Source: Eledone cirrhosa (taxonomy: Eukaryota). Taken from it: a stretch of 64,000 bases of DNA. The position numbers were made by a program, and so were the translations under genes. The notes under the pieces are model-generated. The model saw nothing but the letters and a program-made list of their open reading frames with translations, did not search any database and had not been told where the DNA came from. How positions within the stretch are numbered: position 1 is the first letter of the stretch; each line of letters begins with the position of its first letter. The stretch spans positions 216,380,001 to 216,444,000 of the forward strand of contig OZ024740.1 of NCBI GenBank assembly GCA_964016885.1. The letters run 5' to 3'. Positions 1 through 14,330 of this stretch are shown here, in pieces.

Positions 1-5
1 GAAAA

Positions 6-200
6 GGGCGGTGGATTGGCAGTATCGGTAGAGGGTCGGACGCCATGCTTTGCAGCAAAGAGTTACGGCCCTTTACGGTCTGAGTTCAAATCCCGCCGAG
101 GTTAACTTTGCCTTTCATCCTTACGGGGTCGATGAAATAAAGTACCAGTAATGCACTGGGATAATTGCTGGCCTTGTGCCAAAGGTAGAAATAATTATTT
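6..200 (+). mobile_element. tRNA-derived SINE family A (Nin/Deu-domain-like)
   Basis: Box A-like TGGCAGTATCGG, box B GAGTTCAAATCC, central GCCTTTCATCCTTACGGGGTCGATGAAATAAAGTACCAG resembling the Nin/Deu domain, ATT-rich tail; many copies in the window. Confidence 0.85.
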
Positions 201-544
201 AGAAAATATTCTGAATTTCATTGGTGGGCTCCCCAAAAAATAATCAGTGTGATGTTTGTATCAGATATAATTTTTAAAAAGAATTTATTGCCAACTGATC
301 AAATATGATCAAAACTGGGGCCCCCTGTCATTAAAATACTCAAGGAACCTCTTAAAAGGTGCACATGAGGTGTGAGTTATAACAGTTACAGAAACTGGTC
401 AAGTAAATCTATAAAATATTCCTATGTCAAGTTATGATGTAACCGGTCAAAGTACAAAATATACTGTAAGCTTTTCTAGCTTATTACTTCACTGAACCTT
501 TTATAGATTCTTCTATAATTCTAAGTTACACCTTCTAAATTTGT

Positions 545-790
545 CCCTGGTCCAGAGACTCACCAGGCTGCTGCTTATCCCAGTTTTGTGTCATGAAGTG
601 ACTGAGAGTACAAGACTTCACCCTGGACAGGACTTCTATCCTAGCTATTGCTGGTACTCATTTTCAACTAAGTATACTGGAGCAATGTGAAATGAAATGT
701 TTTGCTCAACACACAACCCAGTCCAGGAATTGAACACATGGCATTATGATCATAAGTCCAACTCTCTTACCACTAGGCAGCATATCTCCA
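545..790 (-). mobile_element. degenerate tRNA-derived SINE family B
   Basis: Reverse complement contains TGAGCAAAACATTTCATTTCACATTGCTCCAGT core; similar to 54060-54320. Confidence 0.65.
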
Positions 791-873
791 CAATTCACTC
801 CTTATCAATCAATATTTCTATAGAATAGTCAAAGAACTACCACTAACCATCTCAAATTATTGTGATTATATTT

Positions 874-1205
874 ATTATTAATAATTGTTTCTACATTTGG
901 CACAAGGCCAGCAATAACCCAGTACGTTACTGGTACTTTATTTCATTTTATCGACCCTGTAAGGATGAAAGGCAAAGTTAACCTCGGCGGGATTTGAATT
1001 CAGAATGGCAAGGGCCATAACTCTATGCGTCAAAGCATGGCGTCCGACCCTCTACCGATACTGCCAGTCCACCGCCATTTATTATTAATAATTGTTTCTA
1101 CTTTTGGCACAAGGCCAGCAATCACCCAGTACATTACTGGTACTTTATTTTATCCACCCCGTAAGGATGAAAGGCAAAGTTAGCCTTGGTGGGATTTGAA
1201 CTCAG
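874..1205 (-). mobile_element. two adjacent SINE family A copies (874-1076 full, 1078-1205 5'-truncated)
   Basis: Reverse complement of the 6-200 element, twice in tandem. Confidence 0.85.
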
Positions 1206-1596
1206 ATTTCTAATTCAGATGCAAGGCCAGCAATTTAGGGAGAAGGTATAAATCGATAAAATTGATTTCCTCTACTTGGTTTTATGAATCAGGATATGTT
1301 TAAATGTTACTGAGACCACAAAACACATATTTTGATTAAATAAAAATATCTATTTTATATAGGGCTAGTTCATGTTCTCTACAATGTTTATATTCACCAC
1401 AATTGAAACACCATTGATGTACTTATATACAGTGAATGTGGTGTGGTAAATAAATGTAGGTCCTTCATTTTATTCACCCTGGAAGGTTGAATGAAAAGCA
1501 AAGTTGACTGCAGTGGGATTTGAACTCAGAATATAAAGTGCCAAACAAATACTTCAACGCCTTTCTTCTGATATTCCAACGTGTCTGTCAATCTGT

Positions 1597-1786
1597 ATTT
1601 ATTATTAATAATTGTTTCTACTTTAGGCCAGCATCACCCAGTGCATTACTGGTACTTTATTTTATCTACCCCGTAAGGATGAAAGGCAAAGTCAACCTCG
1701 GCGGGATTTGAACTCAGATCGTAAAGGGACGTAACTATGCTGGAAAGCATGGCGTCCGACCCTCTACCGATACTGCCAATCCACCG
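1597..1786 (-). mobile_element. SINE family A
   Basis: Reverse complement of 6-200, including CCGATACTGCCAATCCACCG head. Confidence 0.85.
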
Positions 1787-2189
1787 TATTAATAATGAAC
1801 TTCTTTAAGTATTTAACTATACTTTCATAATCTGATAATATTGTTGTAACTACTAGCAAGCAATATAAATTTATAATGATTAGAGCAGAGTTTTGTATTC
1901 GTAGTCTACTGTTTTGATTTGTGATACTTGAAGATCATAAGTTAGTTGTCATAGAAGATCATAAGTTAGTTGTCATATCTAGTTCCTATATTTTTGACAT
2001 TCTTATTTGACAAGTATCTTTTTTCTTTTAATGAAAATAACATTTTTTTAAAATTTCTATTAAATTTTAGATCACTTTAAATAGCATCTGCCAATCTTGA
2101 GCTATATTGCACATTTTCCCACACTTCTGCAGCTATGTACAATATTTTAGTGCCATTTAAACATTTTAAATGTGTAATATTATATTAGA

Positions 2190-3367
2190 CTAGCTGAATA
2201 ACCTGGCATTGCTTGGGATACTGCTGTTCTTATTCTGATTAGTAAACAATAAATATGAAGATATATTATTTTCTCTTAATTATTTCAAAATATTTATATT
2301 TTATTTAAAAAAATATCAAAATTGTAATGATAGTAGAATTTAGAAATGAAAATCTGCCAATCTTGAAGCACCTCAGGGTAAACAATATTCATTGTGTAAT
2401 TTTTTGTTGGTGTTCAAATGAATAAATTGTTGCTGCTTTTAACTCATGAGCAACCAATATAGAGTTGACCGTGGGAGAAACATGTAGTAGAGAGATCAAG
2501 TCCAACTACCTTGAGGGATTGACCCTGAGATTTGTTAATTGAAATAATAAAACATAGTTGATTGGAAACTGAAGCCTCTTAGATTCAAATGGAACAGCTG
2601 TAGATATGAAAGGAATTTTTAGAATAAAGAAATTTTTTTTCAATATTGTAAACAAATAAGTATTACCATCCAAAAAACTATATATTAATCTCTATTTTTG
2701 TATGCAGTGGAAATTAACCAAATATAAGCAAATTAACCAAACATAAGCAAATGTATTAACTGTGAACTAACTTAACGGTATGATAATATAAATATAAACG
2801 AACACAAACATACAATTATAAAAAAACACAGAAATACATTCATACAAACACACACATAGTTTCACCCATGAACAGACATACACTAACACAAACTTATAAA
2901 AACACACACACAGACACACATTCATACAGCATTTCAGCTGTCACAGAAATGTATGTATACTCACACCCATACACTCAGTCAGCACATGTATGTGTAGATG
3001 TGTGTGTTTAAATCTCTGTGTATCTGATTAAATGGGAAGATGGGTATGTATGTAACTTACTAAGGCCTAATGTATGTAACAAACGCGCACACACACACAC
3101 ACTCATAGACAGATACACACTCATATACGAAGGGTGATGTCGTCATTGTCATGTTATAAAATGTCCGTTTACTTATAGTCGACTATAATTGACTATAGTA
3201 GAATATTTTAGATAAAATGTTATATTGTTTTAATCCAAATGAAAATAAAAATTACATGTTAATCCCGGGGTCTAATACTATTACTTTGTAAAATTTGATT
3301 CAATTTGGTCAAGCTGTTTGAGAATGCATAAGGAAAAGACAGACAGACAAAGAATTATATATATAGA
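2190..3367 (-). mobile_element. non-autonomous Helitron
   Basis: Minus strand starts TC(TATATAT) at 3367 and ends CTAG at 2190; decayed subterminal hairpin CCTGGCATTGCTTGGG (2202-2217); A^T insertion site; termini match 53409-54015. Confidence 0.75.
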
Positions 3368-5689
3368 TGTTTCATTTGTATCTATCTTGTTTTAGGCAAA
3401 GGTTTTTTTAGTTTTTCAAAATTCAAGACAACCTCACTAGTGTTGGTGCTATGTTAAAATACACCCAATGCAGTCTATAAAGTGGTTAGTGATCAAATTG
3501 AGATAACATAAAGTTGAGAGGACCCATTAATTACTGTTGGAGTCATAAGTTTTCTAATTGTTGATATGTCAATAAAATACACCAGATAAACTATTAGAAG
3601 GGGCATCCAGTTGTAGAAACTCTGCAAGCAAATGGAATTTAAAAGTGAGGCATGGTCCTCCAACCCATCTAAGAGAGCAGTAACTCCAAATAAGAACTTT
3701 GATTGTGTCATCTCATCCAACTAATGCTACTGTAGAGAATGGATGTAAAAATAGAAAACTGTACTTTCAAGTTTTTATATTATAATTGTTGTTTCTAACT
3801 GGGAGGATAGTGCCCCAGCATGGCCTCAGCCAGATAGCTGGAACAAATAAAATGGTAACTTGAATGGCTTGCATTTATACCTTTATATGCCTGTAATATT
3901 TTTTTCTGACTTAGAGTTTGTTCTTCGGGAATAAACTGTAAACTGGTCTAATGTGTTTAGAAAGAAAATCATTATGTTGCTGTATAATATATCTTGTTTC
4001 TGCAATCAGGTGACGTTGGGGATTATAGAAAAGAGGAAAGAAAAAAATGTAGTGTTTGTTAAAGCTTTCTTATCAATTAATTCAAATTAATTTAAAGTTG
4101 ATATAATTCTAAAAAATTACTTAAGAATAGACATGAGAAGAGTCTCTAGTTTGTTATGGAGGAAATGAACATCATAAGCTTCTTAACCTAAATTTCATAT
4201 TTTAATCATTTAATGGTAGATAATTAACAAAACTAGAATTCACATTATTATAAAGAATTTATTTATATTTATTTTCTATTAATGTGATGTTAAGACATGG
4301 TAAAGAATTGGAGCAGATACAACTGGCACGATTTATGAGGAATGCAGAATAGTGTATTCACAGCAACAATTCAAAAAGCGTGCACGATTAAAGAAAGCTT
4401 TGACTATCTTTCATGTAAGGCTGAAACTGTATAAATGAAAATATCAAACATTATTCTAGACACCTACATTCTTCTTCCTTTATTTCTCCTACAACATTTA
4501 CAATGTTGTTGTTGTTGGTGGTGTTGTTTTTGTCTTTTACTTTTCATTCAATGCTGATATAATTGTTTAAATTTCTTTATTGTATGTTGAATGGCTGCAA
4601 TTTTAGTTATTATTTCAAATATGCCCAAATGCTATTTCGTGTATAGAGACAGATGTCTGTTGTATTGTAAGTGTGCGCGCACATCCATGTCTTCATATAT
4701 GTGGGTTTCAATAAAATGCACTCTGGTTTATTTTAACACACCTGTACATTCAATAGCTGTAAATGCTGACATCACTGAAATATATTGAAATATGGGAAAT
4801 ACACTTTATCTGTTATCAAAAGTAAAGTGGAATGGAAATTACCTCTATCAGTATCGAGGATTTTATGATGAATGTTCATTTATTTAAACTTTGGAGCAGT
4901 CTACTCAAACTTAATATGCATGGGGCTGAGTATTGCACAGATATGTGTTTCCTTAGCATAATTATCAGGGAGATTCAGCAAGACACAGTGTGTGTGTGTG
5001 TCAAGATTGGTGTTTTGGATTAAAGATGCAGTTCATTTAACAGGCTTCGACACAGTCTCTCTCTCTCTCTCTCTCCAGTTCCACTCACAAGACGTAGATC
5101 AACTTGAGACTATGGTAAATGACACTTGCTCAACATGCAGCCTGGCACCTTGTAATAAAATATATCTCTAATATGTAAAAGAACCTTCGTCTCAATCAGA
5201 GACAACAATGTTTATTCATTTAAAAGAAACTCTATTTTGTTTTTCACAACAGGACAACTCGTCCAACCCATGCTGGTGTGGAAAAATGGATGTTAAAAGG
5301 TGATGATGTGATTTAATATTCACTGATCTCATTTATCACTGTTGTTATTAAATGTTTCACTCAGTAGTGGATGATTTGGTGTGATTCATAAGACACAAAC
5401 ATAGCTGTGTGGTTATGAAGTTTGATCTGTATCCACTTAATCATGGGTCCTGTCACTGTATAACACATTTGGCAAGTGTCTTTCACTTTCCAATCACAAG
5501 GTCCTGGGTTCTAACTTTACATTTGTCCCTGTAAATAGTTATTTCTCTAACTTTACTCATAATTTAATCCTCTATGATTTATGTAAATATATTCTAGAAA
5601 TAACTTATTAAAATATCATTCTTATCTTTAATCACGTCTACATGCCAGTAATTAACATAAACTATAGGGTAACACAAATTATTCAGTTT

Positions 5690-7145
5690 GTATGGTGGTC
5701 AATATATCTGATAATCCTGGTATATATGTATGTCTTACTAACCCTAGTATGATGGTCCATATATCTGGTAATCCTGGTATATATGTATGTCTTACTAACC
5801 CTAGTATGATGGTCCATATATCTGGTAATCCTGGTATATATGTATGTCTTACTAACCCTAGTATGATGGTCCATATATCTGGTAATCCTGGTATATATGT
5901 ATGTCTTACTAATCTAGTATGATGGTTCATATATCTTGTAATCCTGGTATATATGTATGTCTTACTAATCTAGTATGATGGTTCATATATCTGGTAATCC
6001 TGGTATATATGTATGTCTTACTAACCCTAGTATGATGGTTCATATATCTGGTAATCCTGGTATATATGTATGTCTTACTAATCTAGTATGATGGTTCATA
6101 TATCTTGTAATCCTGGTATATATGTATGTCTTACTAATCTAGTATGATGGTCCATATATCTTGTAATCCTGGTATATAAGTATGTCTTAGTAATCTAGTA
6201 TGATGGTTCATATATCTTGTAATCCTGGTATATATGTATGTCTTAGTAATCTAGTATCATGGTTCATATATCTTGTAATCCTGGTATATATGTATGTCTT
6301 ACTAACCCTAGTATGATGGTTCATATATCTTGTAATCCTGGTATATATGTATGTCTTACTAATCTAGTATGATGGTCCATATATCTGGCCACCCTGGTAT
6401 ATATGTATGTCTTACTAACCCTAGTATGATGGTTCATATATCTGGTAATCCTCGTTTATATGTATGTCTTACTAACCCTAGTATGATGGTCATATATCTG
6501 GTAATCCTGGTATATATGTATGTCTTACTAATCTAGTATGATGGTCCATATATCTGGTAATCCTGGTATATATGTATGTCTTACTAATCTAGTATGATGG
6601 TCCATATATCTGGTAATCCTGGTATATATGTATGTCTTACTAACCCTAGTATGATGGTTCATATATCTGGTAATCCTGGTATATATGTATGTCTTACTAA
6701 CCTTAGTATGATGGTTCATATATCTGGTAATCCTGGTATATATGTATGTCTTACTAACCCTAGTATGATGGTTCATATATCTGGTAATCCTGGTATATAT
6801 GTATGTCTTACTAATCTAGTATGATGGTTCATATATCTGGTAATCCTGGTATATAAGTATGTCTTACTAATCTAGTGTGATGGTCCATATATCTGGTAAT
6901 CCTGGTATATATGTATGTCTTACTAATCTAGTATGATGGTTCATATATCTGGTAATCCTGGTATATATGTATGTCTTACTAATCTAGTATGATGGTTCAT
7001 ATATCTGGTAATCCTGGTATATATGTATGTCTTACTAATCTAGTATGATGGTTCATATATCTGGTAATCCTGGTATATATGTATGTCTTACTAATATAGT
7101 ATGATGGTCCATATATCTGGTAATCCTGGTATATATGTATGTCCT
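5690..7145. repeat. minisatellite, 56-57 bp unit, about 25 copies
   Basis: Unit CTAGTATGATGGT(C/T)CATATATCTGGTAATCCTGGTATATATGTATGTCTTACTAA(CC/T) repeated in tandem. Confidence 0.97.
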
Positions 7146-8096
7146 AGACTCTATAATTAAACATGTTCAATGCTATTTCCATCATTATTGATGGTGCAGA
7201 TCCATTAGTAGTTAGTAATTAGCTATATTGATTAATTACAAATATCAGTTTTTTTCGTTGGAAGATGTTGAGATGACTATTAGAGTACTTTGATCTCCTT
7301 ATCAGTATGGCCAGGTGTGTGTGTGTCTGTCCTTTTTCTCACTGTCATATACATTCTAGATATGGTGTTGGTGTTTATAGGAACATATGCCAAAATATGT
7401 CATATGCACACTAGATATGGTGTGTTATGCCATATATACAGTACTTTTCATTTTCATGTTGAGGCAGTAAATATGTAATTTCAAATTGATATAGCTATCT
7501 TTCTCGCCAGTTATATCAGTGGATATATTTTGTTTTTGTACTTACTGGACAGCTGGAAATAATGTGGTCATTTTTTTTTATATATATTGATTATATTAGT
7601 CTACAGTTTATATTTTTAGCTTCTTGTGTTATTATGATTATGGTAGTTGTTGTGTCTAGTTATTGATCTCCTACAGATAAATATCAGACCTTTCATTTCT
7701 GTCTTTAATCCACAGATCTTTTGAGCCATTGCTGATCTGTCATATTGGTTTGCTTCTCCTCTCTGTCTTGTCTTGTTTTGAGGCAAACTTGATCTCTTCA
7801 AGGCTTTCTACTTATTTTTTCTTTAATGTTTTTTAATTCTATTCTGATTTCATCTTTCTGTCTTTTTTAAAAATACTTATCTATTCTCTTTATCTAAAAT
7901 TTCATCTAAATGTATTTAGCTTCTAGTTTATATTCTTGTTTATTTAACTCTTTTGATATCAATCCACCTGAAACTGCCTTTGTTTTATAATAAAAAGCTA
8001 TTTCTATTTAAGTGTTTATATTTAAATTAAAACCTTCATTCCACCTTAATTTTATGTCAGAACCTTTTTTAAAGTGATGTTCTAAATTTCAGCGTT

Positions 8097-8300
8097 AATA
8101 ATGGTTTCTGATTTAGGCACAAGGCCAACAATTTCTTGGGAGGGTAAAGTCAATCAACTCAAACCCAGTGCATTACTTGTACTTTATTTTTCTGACCCCG
8201 TAAGTGTGAAAAACAAAGTTAACCTCAGTAGGATTTGAAATCAGAAGGTAAAATACTGTAACTCTATGCCACAAAGCATGTCTGACGCTCTACCGATACT
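8097..8300 (-). mobile_element. degenerate SINE family A, inserted in a piggyBac-like MITE remnant (from about 7945)
   Basis: Diverged reverse complement of family A; flanks resemble the 9210-9512 and 44612 family. Confidence 0.65.
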
Positions 8301-8504
8301 TCAGCTTAATAATGAAAATGTTAAGTTATTACTAAATTCTTTTAAAGTTTTAATTACTTTCAAAATAAATTTAAACAGACTACAAAATATATCTGTTTGT
8401 TAGTAACTTCTGTGCTTAGTATATAGTTTTAAACCCTCTGTATAGAGACAGAGATGATTAAATTGTTTACTGATAACATTTGTAACCATCTGTGGTTTAA
8501 TTCA

Positions 8505-8790
8505 ACAGGGGTTCCACAGTGAGGCACAAGAAATGTAAGGGGTATAGAGAGTTTCCCTGAGGTGCTGCAGTGAAGGAATAGAGTTCCTCTGAGGTGCCAC
8601 AAGGAGGCACAAGAAATGTAAGGGGAATAGAGTTTCCCTGGGGTTTCACAGTGAGGTACAAATAATGTAAGGAGAATAGAGTTCCCCTGAGGTACCACAG
8701 GGAGGCACAAATAATGTAAGGGGAATAGAGTTCCCCTGACGTGCCACAGTGAGGCACAAGAAATGTAAGGGAAATAAAGAGTTTCCCTGA
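8505..8790. repeat. minisatellite, about 49 bp unit, about 6 copies
   Basis: Unit GTGCCACAGTGAGGCACAAGAAATGTAAGGGGAATAGAGTTCCCCTGAG. Confidence 0.9.
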
Positions 8791-9209
8791 AAAAAATTCC
8801 TCTTATTTACCATTTTCTCTTTTTCATACAGTATTATTGATTTCTCCCCCCCCCCCTTCTTATTTGACATGACTTAGTTGATATATTGCCTTAGTTCTGG
8901 TATTGTCTTTGATATTTTGGAATGTGAGTTACTGTCAAAAGACGTTTGCTTATCAATCCATTCTTAGAAATTTGTTTCACTTTCTGAAGTCTCTGATAGC
9001 TGTTCTGTCTGTTTACCATTAGCTGTCCTTTACATCCATATATCTGTCCCTTTCCATCACCTTTTCTTCTCCTTCTTCTGCTGTGAATGATGTAGGAGAG
9101 TATACAGATGTTATGGTGTTATATCATCTGTGTTATTTTGTTAGGAGTAACCCCTACCCTGACTTCCATACCTCCACCCCAATAACTTCCTGTTGATTCT
9201 GGTCATTAA

Positions 9210-9512
9210 CCCTTTCATCATGTTTTTCAATCAATTTTGAAAACAAATATTTGGAGGAATTTAATAAAATATCTTTTTCATTAGTAAGCTGATAATTAGA
9301 AGATTACTTAACAAACATATCTTAAATAAAATTATGTAAGGATTGTTTTGAAATAGGCAGTTTGGTACCATACATCCAGGGTAGTTTCAGGTAGTTTGGT
9401 ATCATAAATCCAGGGCAGTTTCAGGTGGTTTGGTAGCATAAATCCGGGGTAGTTTCAGGTGATTTGGTATCATAAATCCAGGGCAGTTTCAGGTGGTTTG
9501 GTAACAAAAAGG
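9210..9512. mobile_element. piggyBac-like MITE with expanded 34-bp subterminal repeat (9355-9505)
   Basis: TTAA at 9206-9209 and 9513-9516 flanking CCCTTT...AAAAGG termini; related degenerate copies near 7945, 32230-32447, 44612-44790 and 61940-62110. Confidence 0.55.
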
Positions 9513-10109
9513 TTAATTCAATGAATATTGTTGCTATAGTTTCATGTGTATGACTTGAGAACTTTCACCAGAAATTGAGGACATTATCAACTCTGGAAGC
9601 CTTCCAAATTCGTAGTCTTTATTATATTGGTAAATATTTCCCTAATTATGCAGGGCCATGTTTGTGATTTTATTGTTCTTATGTTTCATCTTCTTTCTCA
9701 TCCATTTTACATCATACCCTCTATTGTAATCTAGTTTTTGCTTTTCTATTTCTTCTTCTAATATAACTATTTCTATTATTGTTGATGTTGTCATTGCTGT
9801 ATCTTTCATTGTGATGACTTTTGTTTTATTGATGTCTCAGTAAATTTCTTTAGCAATTGTTAAAGAAGCGTGATTTTGATAGCAGGCATAACTGTTTCGT
9901 GGCTTGTTGTTATTGTGTAGTAGAGGGTGGTGGTGAATATGACTGTAGTTAGGTATTGTCTTATATACTTCAAATATAATCATGTGTAAGTTGCACCCTT
10001 TTCCATGAAAAGTCAACATATGAATTATCAATAAATCCTCAATTCAATATATAGGTTACATATATAGAATGGAAGTGTGGTTTATCAAGTGGTGCAACTT
10101 ATATGCAAG

Positions 10110-10144
<35 letters not shown>

Positions 10145-10430
10145 ATATATATATGTGTGTGCGTGTATACACCCAGGCTAGTGTGGAAAAATGGACGTCA
10201 AATGATGAGCATGATATATATATAGTGCCTAGCTCACACTGTAAAGTGGTTGGTGTTAGGAAAGGCATTCAACCATAGAAACCAAGCCCAAATCAGTTCT
10301 TTAAGAGCAAGACATGGTCATCTGATCTGGCTTGTCTTACAATGGGACGACTCGTCTAACTCATGCCAGCATGGAAAAATGGACATTAAACAGTGATGAT
10401 AATGATTTACTTGACGTTCAAAATCTATAT

Positions 10431-10633
10431 GGACTATGTAGAAAAATAAACCTCATTTGGTCATTCCATGAGAGTATCTTGCTCAGCCTATGAAGGAGTG
10501 ATGCTAAAGCTGTCAAATCTTGCATGCATTAATTTCAACTTTTCTTATTAATAACTGCATTGTTTATTTCTAAGGACTATGTTGAAAAGTAAACCTCATT
10601 TGGTCAGTCTATGAACTTTCCAGCCCACCCTCA
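10431..10633. mobile_element. partial Tc1/mariner-like MITE (same family as 63636-63957)
   Basis: Internal sequence is the reverse complement of 63650-63850; ends AACTTTCCAGCCCACCCTCA-TA. Confidence 0.7.
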
Positions 10634-10644
10634 TATGTGTATGT

Positions 10645-10775
10645 TTACTGTAGATGTGTTGTTGACTGTGAATGTGTGCTGTTGACTGTGAATGTGTATG
10701 TTGACTGTGAATGTGTGTGTTGGCTGTGAATGTGTGTGTTGACTATGAAGGTATGTATTGACCGTGAATGTGGTT
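10645..10775. repeat. about 20 bp tandem repeat TGTTGACTGTGAATGTGTG
   Basis: About 6 imperfect tandem copies. Confidence 0.8.
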
Positions 10776-11199
10776 TGAACTCTTAATCCTTTCAGTTGAT
10801 TCTCTAGTATTCTATCCATCACACCATTTTGATTTTTACTTAAAAATTTATAAATTGTTCATCCCCAAAATATTGTTTTTAGATAAAATATTCTTCACAA
10901 ACTAAAATAAATGTAAACCTTTGTATGTTAATATTTCTTTGCCTCTGTCCCCACCTCATGTTGGTCCTTGTTGTTCTGCTTGATTGCATTTTGTAATGTT
11001 TTCCGAGCATTCTCTCTCTCACACACACACACAAAGTCGGTCACACATTCACACACACACAGAAAATCACACTTACAAATAAAATCTCCCTCTCACACAC
11101 ACACAGATACACAAATAAATTATAAATTCTATAACAAAATGAAACAAGGGAAGTATATTTCCGAAAAGTCTGAAAATGTTTTAGAAATTTTTTTTCAGT

Positions 11200-11841
11200 A
11201 TCATCATCATCATCGTTTAACGTCCATCTTCCACGCTAGCATGGGTTTGGACGGGAATTTTCCCACTTGAGGCAAGATTGGTTGTCTTGCTTGTATAGGA
11301 CTGTCTGGCAGGTTTTCTACGGCTGGATGCCCTTCCTAACACCAACTACATGGCCACATTACAGCGTGGACTGTGTGTTTTTTTTTGTTGTGACACCTAC
11401 ACGACCTCATTTATTTAGGACTGGATGTTGTGGTACCAACATAACTTTACATCGAAAGGGGTGGTGTCGATGGGATAGGGGTGTATTTTGGTTAAGAGGT
11501 GGCTACTGACTGTAGGTTTCGCTTTGTAATTAGGCAACGTGGGTCTTCTGTATTACTGCATAACACCAAAGATCTTGGTCCAGTGACATTGTCTTGGAGA
11601 GGTGTAAGTGTGTGAGGTCGGAATTTATCAAGTCATCCCAGGTTTTTCTGGGTCTGCCTACTCCGTGGTTACCGTCTATTTTGATCGCCCTGCACTTTTT
11701 TATACAGCTGTCATCTTTTATGCGCATCACGTGACCATACCACCAACGTAGTCTTCTCTCGAGTAAACAGCATCTGATCTCTCTTATTCCTAATTTCTCA
11801 GTTAGTTCATTTATGCTTTGCCGTTCATGTATATTACTATT

Positions 11842-11845
<4 letters not shown>
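11200..11845 (-). mobile_element. RTE-type LINE, 5'-truncated 3' fragment
   Basis: ORF C-terminus ...ERRLRW(W)YGHVMR...[11 protein letters not shown]...DLWCYAV, 3'UTR and (GAT)n tail; homologous to 15551-18088. Confidence 0.92.
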
Positions 11846-11881
<36 letters not shown>

Positions 11882-13598
11882 CGTATTTCTATATTTTGAA
11901 TTCTTATTTATTTTAAAAAAACATCATATAATAGTTTTTAATTTTAGCTTACTTTATTTCTTATTTTTTTCTTTGTTTTCATTTTCTCTTTCCCAGCCAA
12001 ACACACACATAAATACATGTCTACTTCATATATAACATATTTATATACACAAATATACATACATGCATAAATACTTACACATGTACACGCATATAAACAT
12101 ACATGTGTTTATGTATATGTATTTATATATGTATCATCATCTCTCTCTATATATATGTGTGTGTAATTGTTAATCAGAGTACTTGTAAGATTTATATGGA
12201 ATGCAACTAAAATCAAGGGGTTATTGTGAATTATAAATATTTGAACAGCTCTAAACAATATCCTTGATAAAACAACGTAAATTCATAATAATAATAACAA
12301 TAAGTATGGAATTAATTTCTTTATTGTCTCTTCTCTGTCTTTCAATAGAAGTAATTCATATTCCACACTGATTTTCCATAGTTTTATATTATTATTATTA
12401 TTATTTATTTTATTCATTTTATTCATTTACTTTATTTCAATAATACTATCTTCATTTTTATACTTTTCACCTTGTTTTTATCGTTAATTTTTTTATCCTC
12501 TCTATCTCATCTTTTAATTTTTTTTTTTTTTTTTCATTTTCATCTTTTAAAAATAGTTCTTTGGAAAGCTAATTACATGAAATGTAGATCTTACAAGGAA
12601 GATATATTTCTTAGCATTTCTGTGTGTTTTTTGTTTCAATTATCAACATAAGGCAACTGTTGTAGCTGACGGCTTTCACTGATTTATAAAATACCATCAA
12701 CCAAAAAAATACTAAAAAAACATAAAACAAACACAAATATTCTTTATAGGCACAAACATACATACACACATATATACACACATACATACATACATATATC
12801 TACACGTGTGTGGTGGGTGGGCTAACAGGATTTGAATTATCCATTAATTTCTTCCTTATTAAATATCAGTTAATTACAGAAAATATATCACCTAGTGAAA
12901 TAATTTATTAGTTTTTTTTGTGTATTCGTCCATGATGTCTATTTGTATTGTCAGTTATAAAAACTCAGCAACATAACAATTGTGTATATCTTTGATCAAT
13001 ATAGACATTTTCATTAAGTTGCATTGATATTTTCTTGTATATTCTCACAAACTTAAGTTCCTCTTTTTGATCTGATTATGTATATTTTTTTTAAATCAAT
13101 TTTCACTGAAGTTTGTATATATTTCAATTTTTTATGTTTCTATTTGTGGAAATTATTTTGTATATTATAGAAATCTATATGTAAACAAATAATCTATTGA
13201 ATAAAATTCATTTGTATTATGTTATTTAAAAAAAATATTTCAATAATAATAATAAAAAAAATTGTTTTGTTGTGAAAGTTTTCTATGAAATTCATTTTGT
13301 GAAAAAGAGGGTGGGAGAATTCTTTAGAAAGTTTTGTTTTTCATTTGTTGTAGCTCTGTTTATGCTGATATGGTTTCTTGATCTATGTTTCAGTGTTTTA
13401 TTGTTGAATTACTGGTGTTATTCCCTGTCAACTGCACCATAACCTTCATGTTGGCCTGATACACATTGCATGGTAAGTAAATCTTAAATTACATTATTAT
13501 GTTTGAAGGATTTTAAAAAAAAACTAATATTTTATAGAAACTGATAAATCTACTACATGAGTAATGTGACCTCTGGTTTTGTTTGGTGAAAATACTTA

Positions 13599-13815
13599 CT
13601 GTGTAAACTCGAATATAAGTTGACCTTCCTATTTTATACCTGAGAAATATGTGAAAATCCAAACCTTGTTTATAAACGAGGCAGCTAATCAACACATTGT
13701 TTAGATGGTGTATGTAAGCCGACCTCACATTTCACCACCAATTTTCTTTGGTCACATATTCCTCAGCTTATATTTGAGGTCCCATATTCCTCAGTCAATA
13801 TTCAAGTATATACTG
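13599..13815. mobile_element. pogo/Tc1-mariner-like MITE
   Basis: Imperfect TIRs TA-CTGTGTAAACTCGAATATAAGTTGA / TCAGTCAATATTCAAGTATATACTG. Confidence 0.5.
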
Positions 13816-14117
13816 AAGTTTTTTATAGTACTCAAGTATAATATGATCCTAGTGTTTGTGCAATACTGGTAAGACCTGCCATAGTGGAACATTTCAGTTC
13901 TGGTTAAAATCTTAGATGTATTTTTTAACAAACAACTATTGGTAATTAATCACCTTATCTGGACAACTTTTTTCAGCTGTAAAAATATACTTTTCCTAGT
14001 TTCCATCTTATTTGTACATAACGACACTAAAATATTGAGAAAAATCACTTAATAGAATGGAGATTTTCAGATACATTTACTTTTAATCATGTCACTGTTG
14101 TAGGCTATTAGCAATTG

Positions 14118-14330
14118 TACCTACTGCTGACATAACCTGGTACAGTACCAGTAAGCTCCTCTGGGTCTACTGCTGACATAGCTTAGTACAGTACCATTAA
14201 GCTCCTCTGGACCTACTGCTAGCATAACCTGGTATGGTACCAATAAGCTCCTTTACTCTGGGTCTACTGCTGACATAGCCTGGTACAGTACCAGTAAGCT
14301 CCTCTGGGCCTACTGCTGACATAACTTGGT
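14118..14330. repeat. minisatellite, about 46 bp unit, about 4.5 copies
   Basis: Unit CTACTGCTGACATAACCTGGTACAGTACCAGTAAGCTCCTCTGGG. Confidence 0.9.

Noticed and set aside
6-100. tRNA gene suggested by box A/B
   Set aside because: No cloverleaf; it is the head of a multi-copy SINE
4295-4420. Possible small coding exon (HGKELEQIQLARFMRNAE*, or an alternate frame ending at GTAAGG)
   Set aside because: Too short, weak acceptor, no recognisable homology
5690-7145. CRISPR-like regular array (also 18370-19930, 52770-53250, 62140-62550)
   Set aside because: No unique spacers and no cas genes; plain head-to-tail minisatellites in eukaryotic DNA
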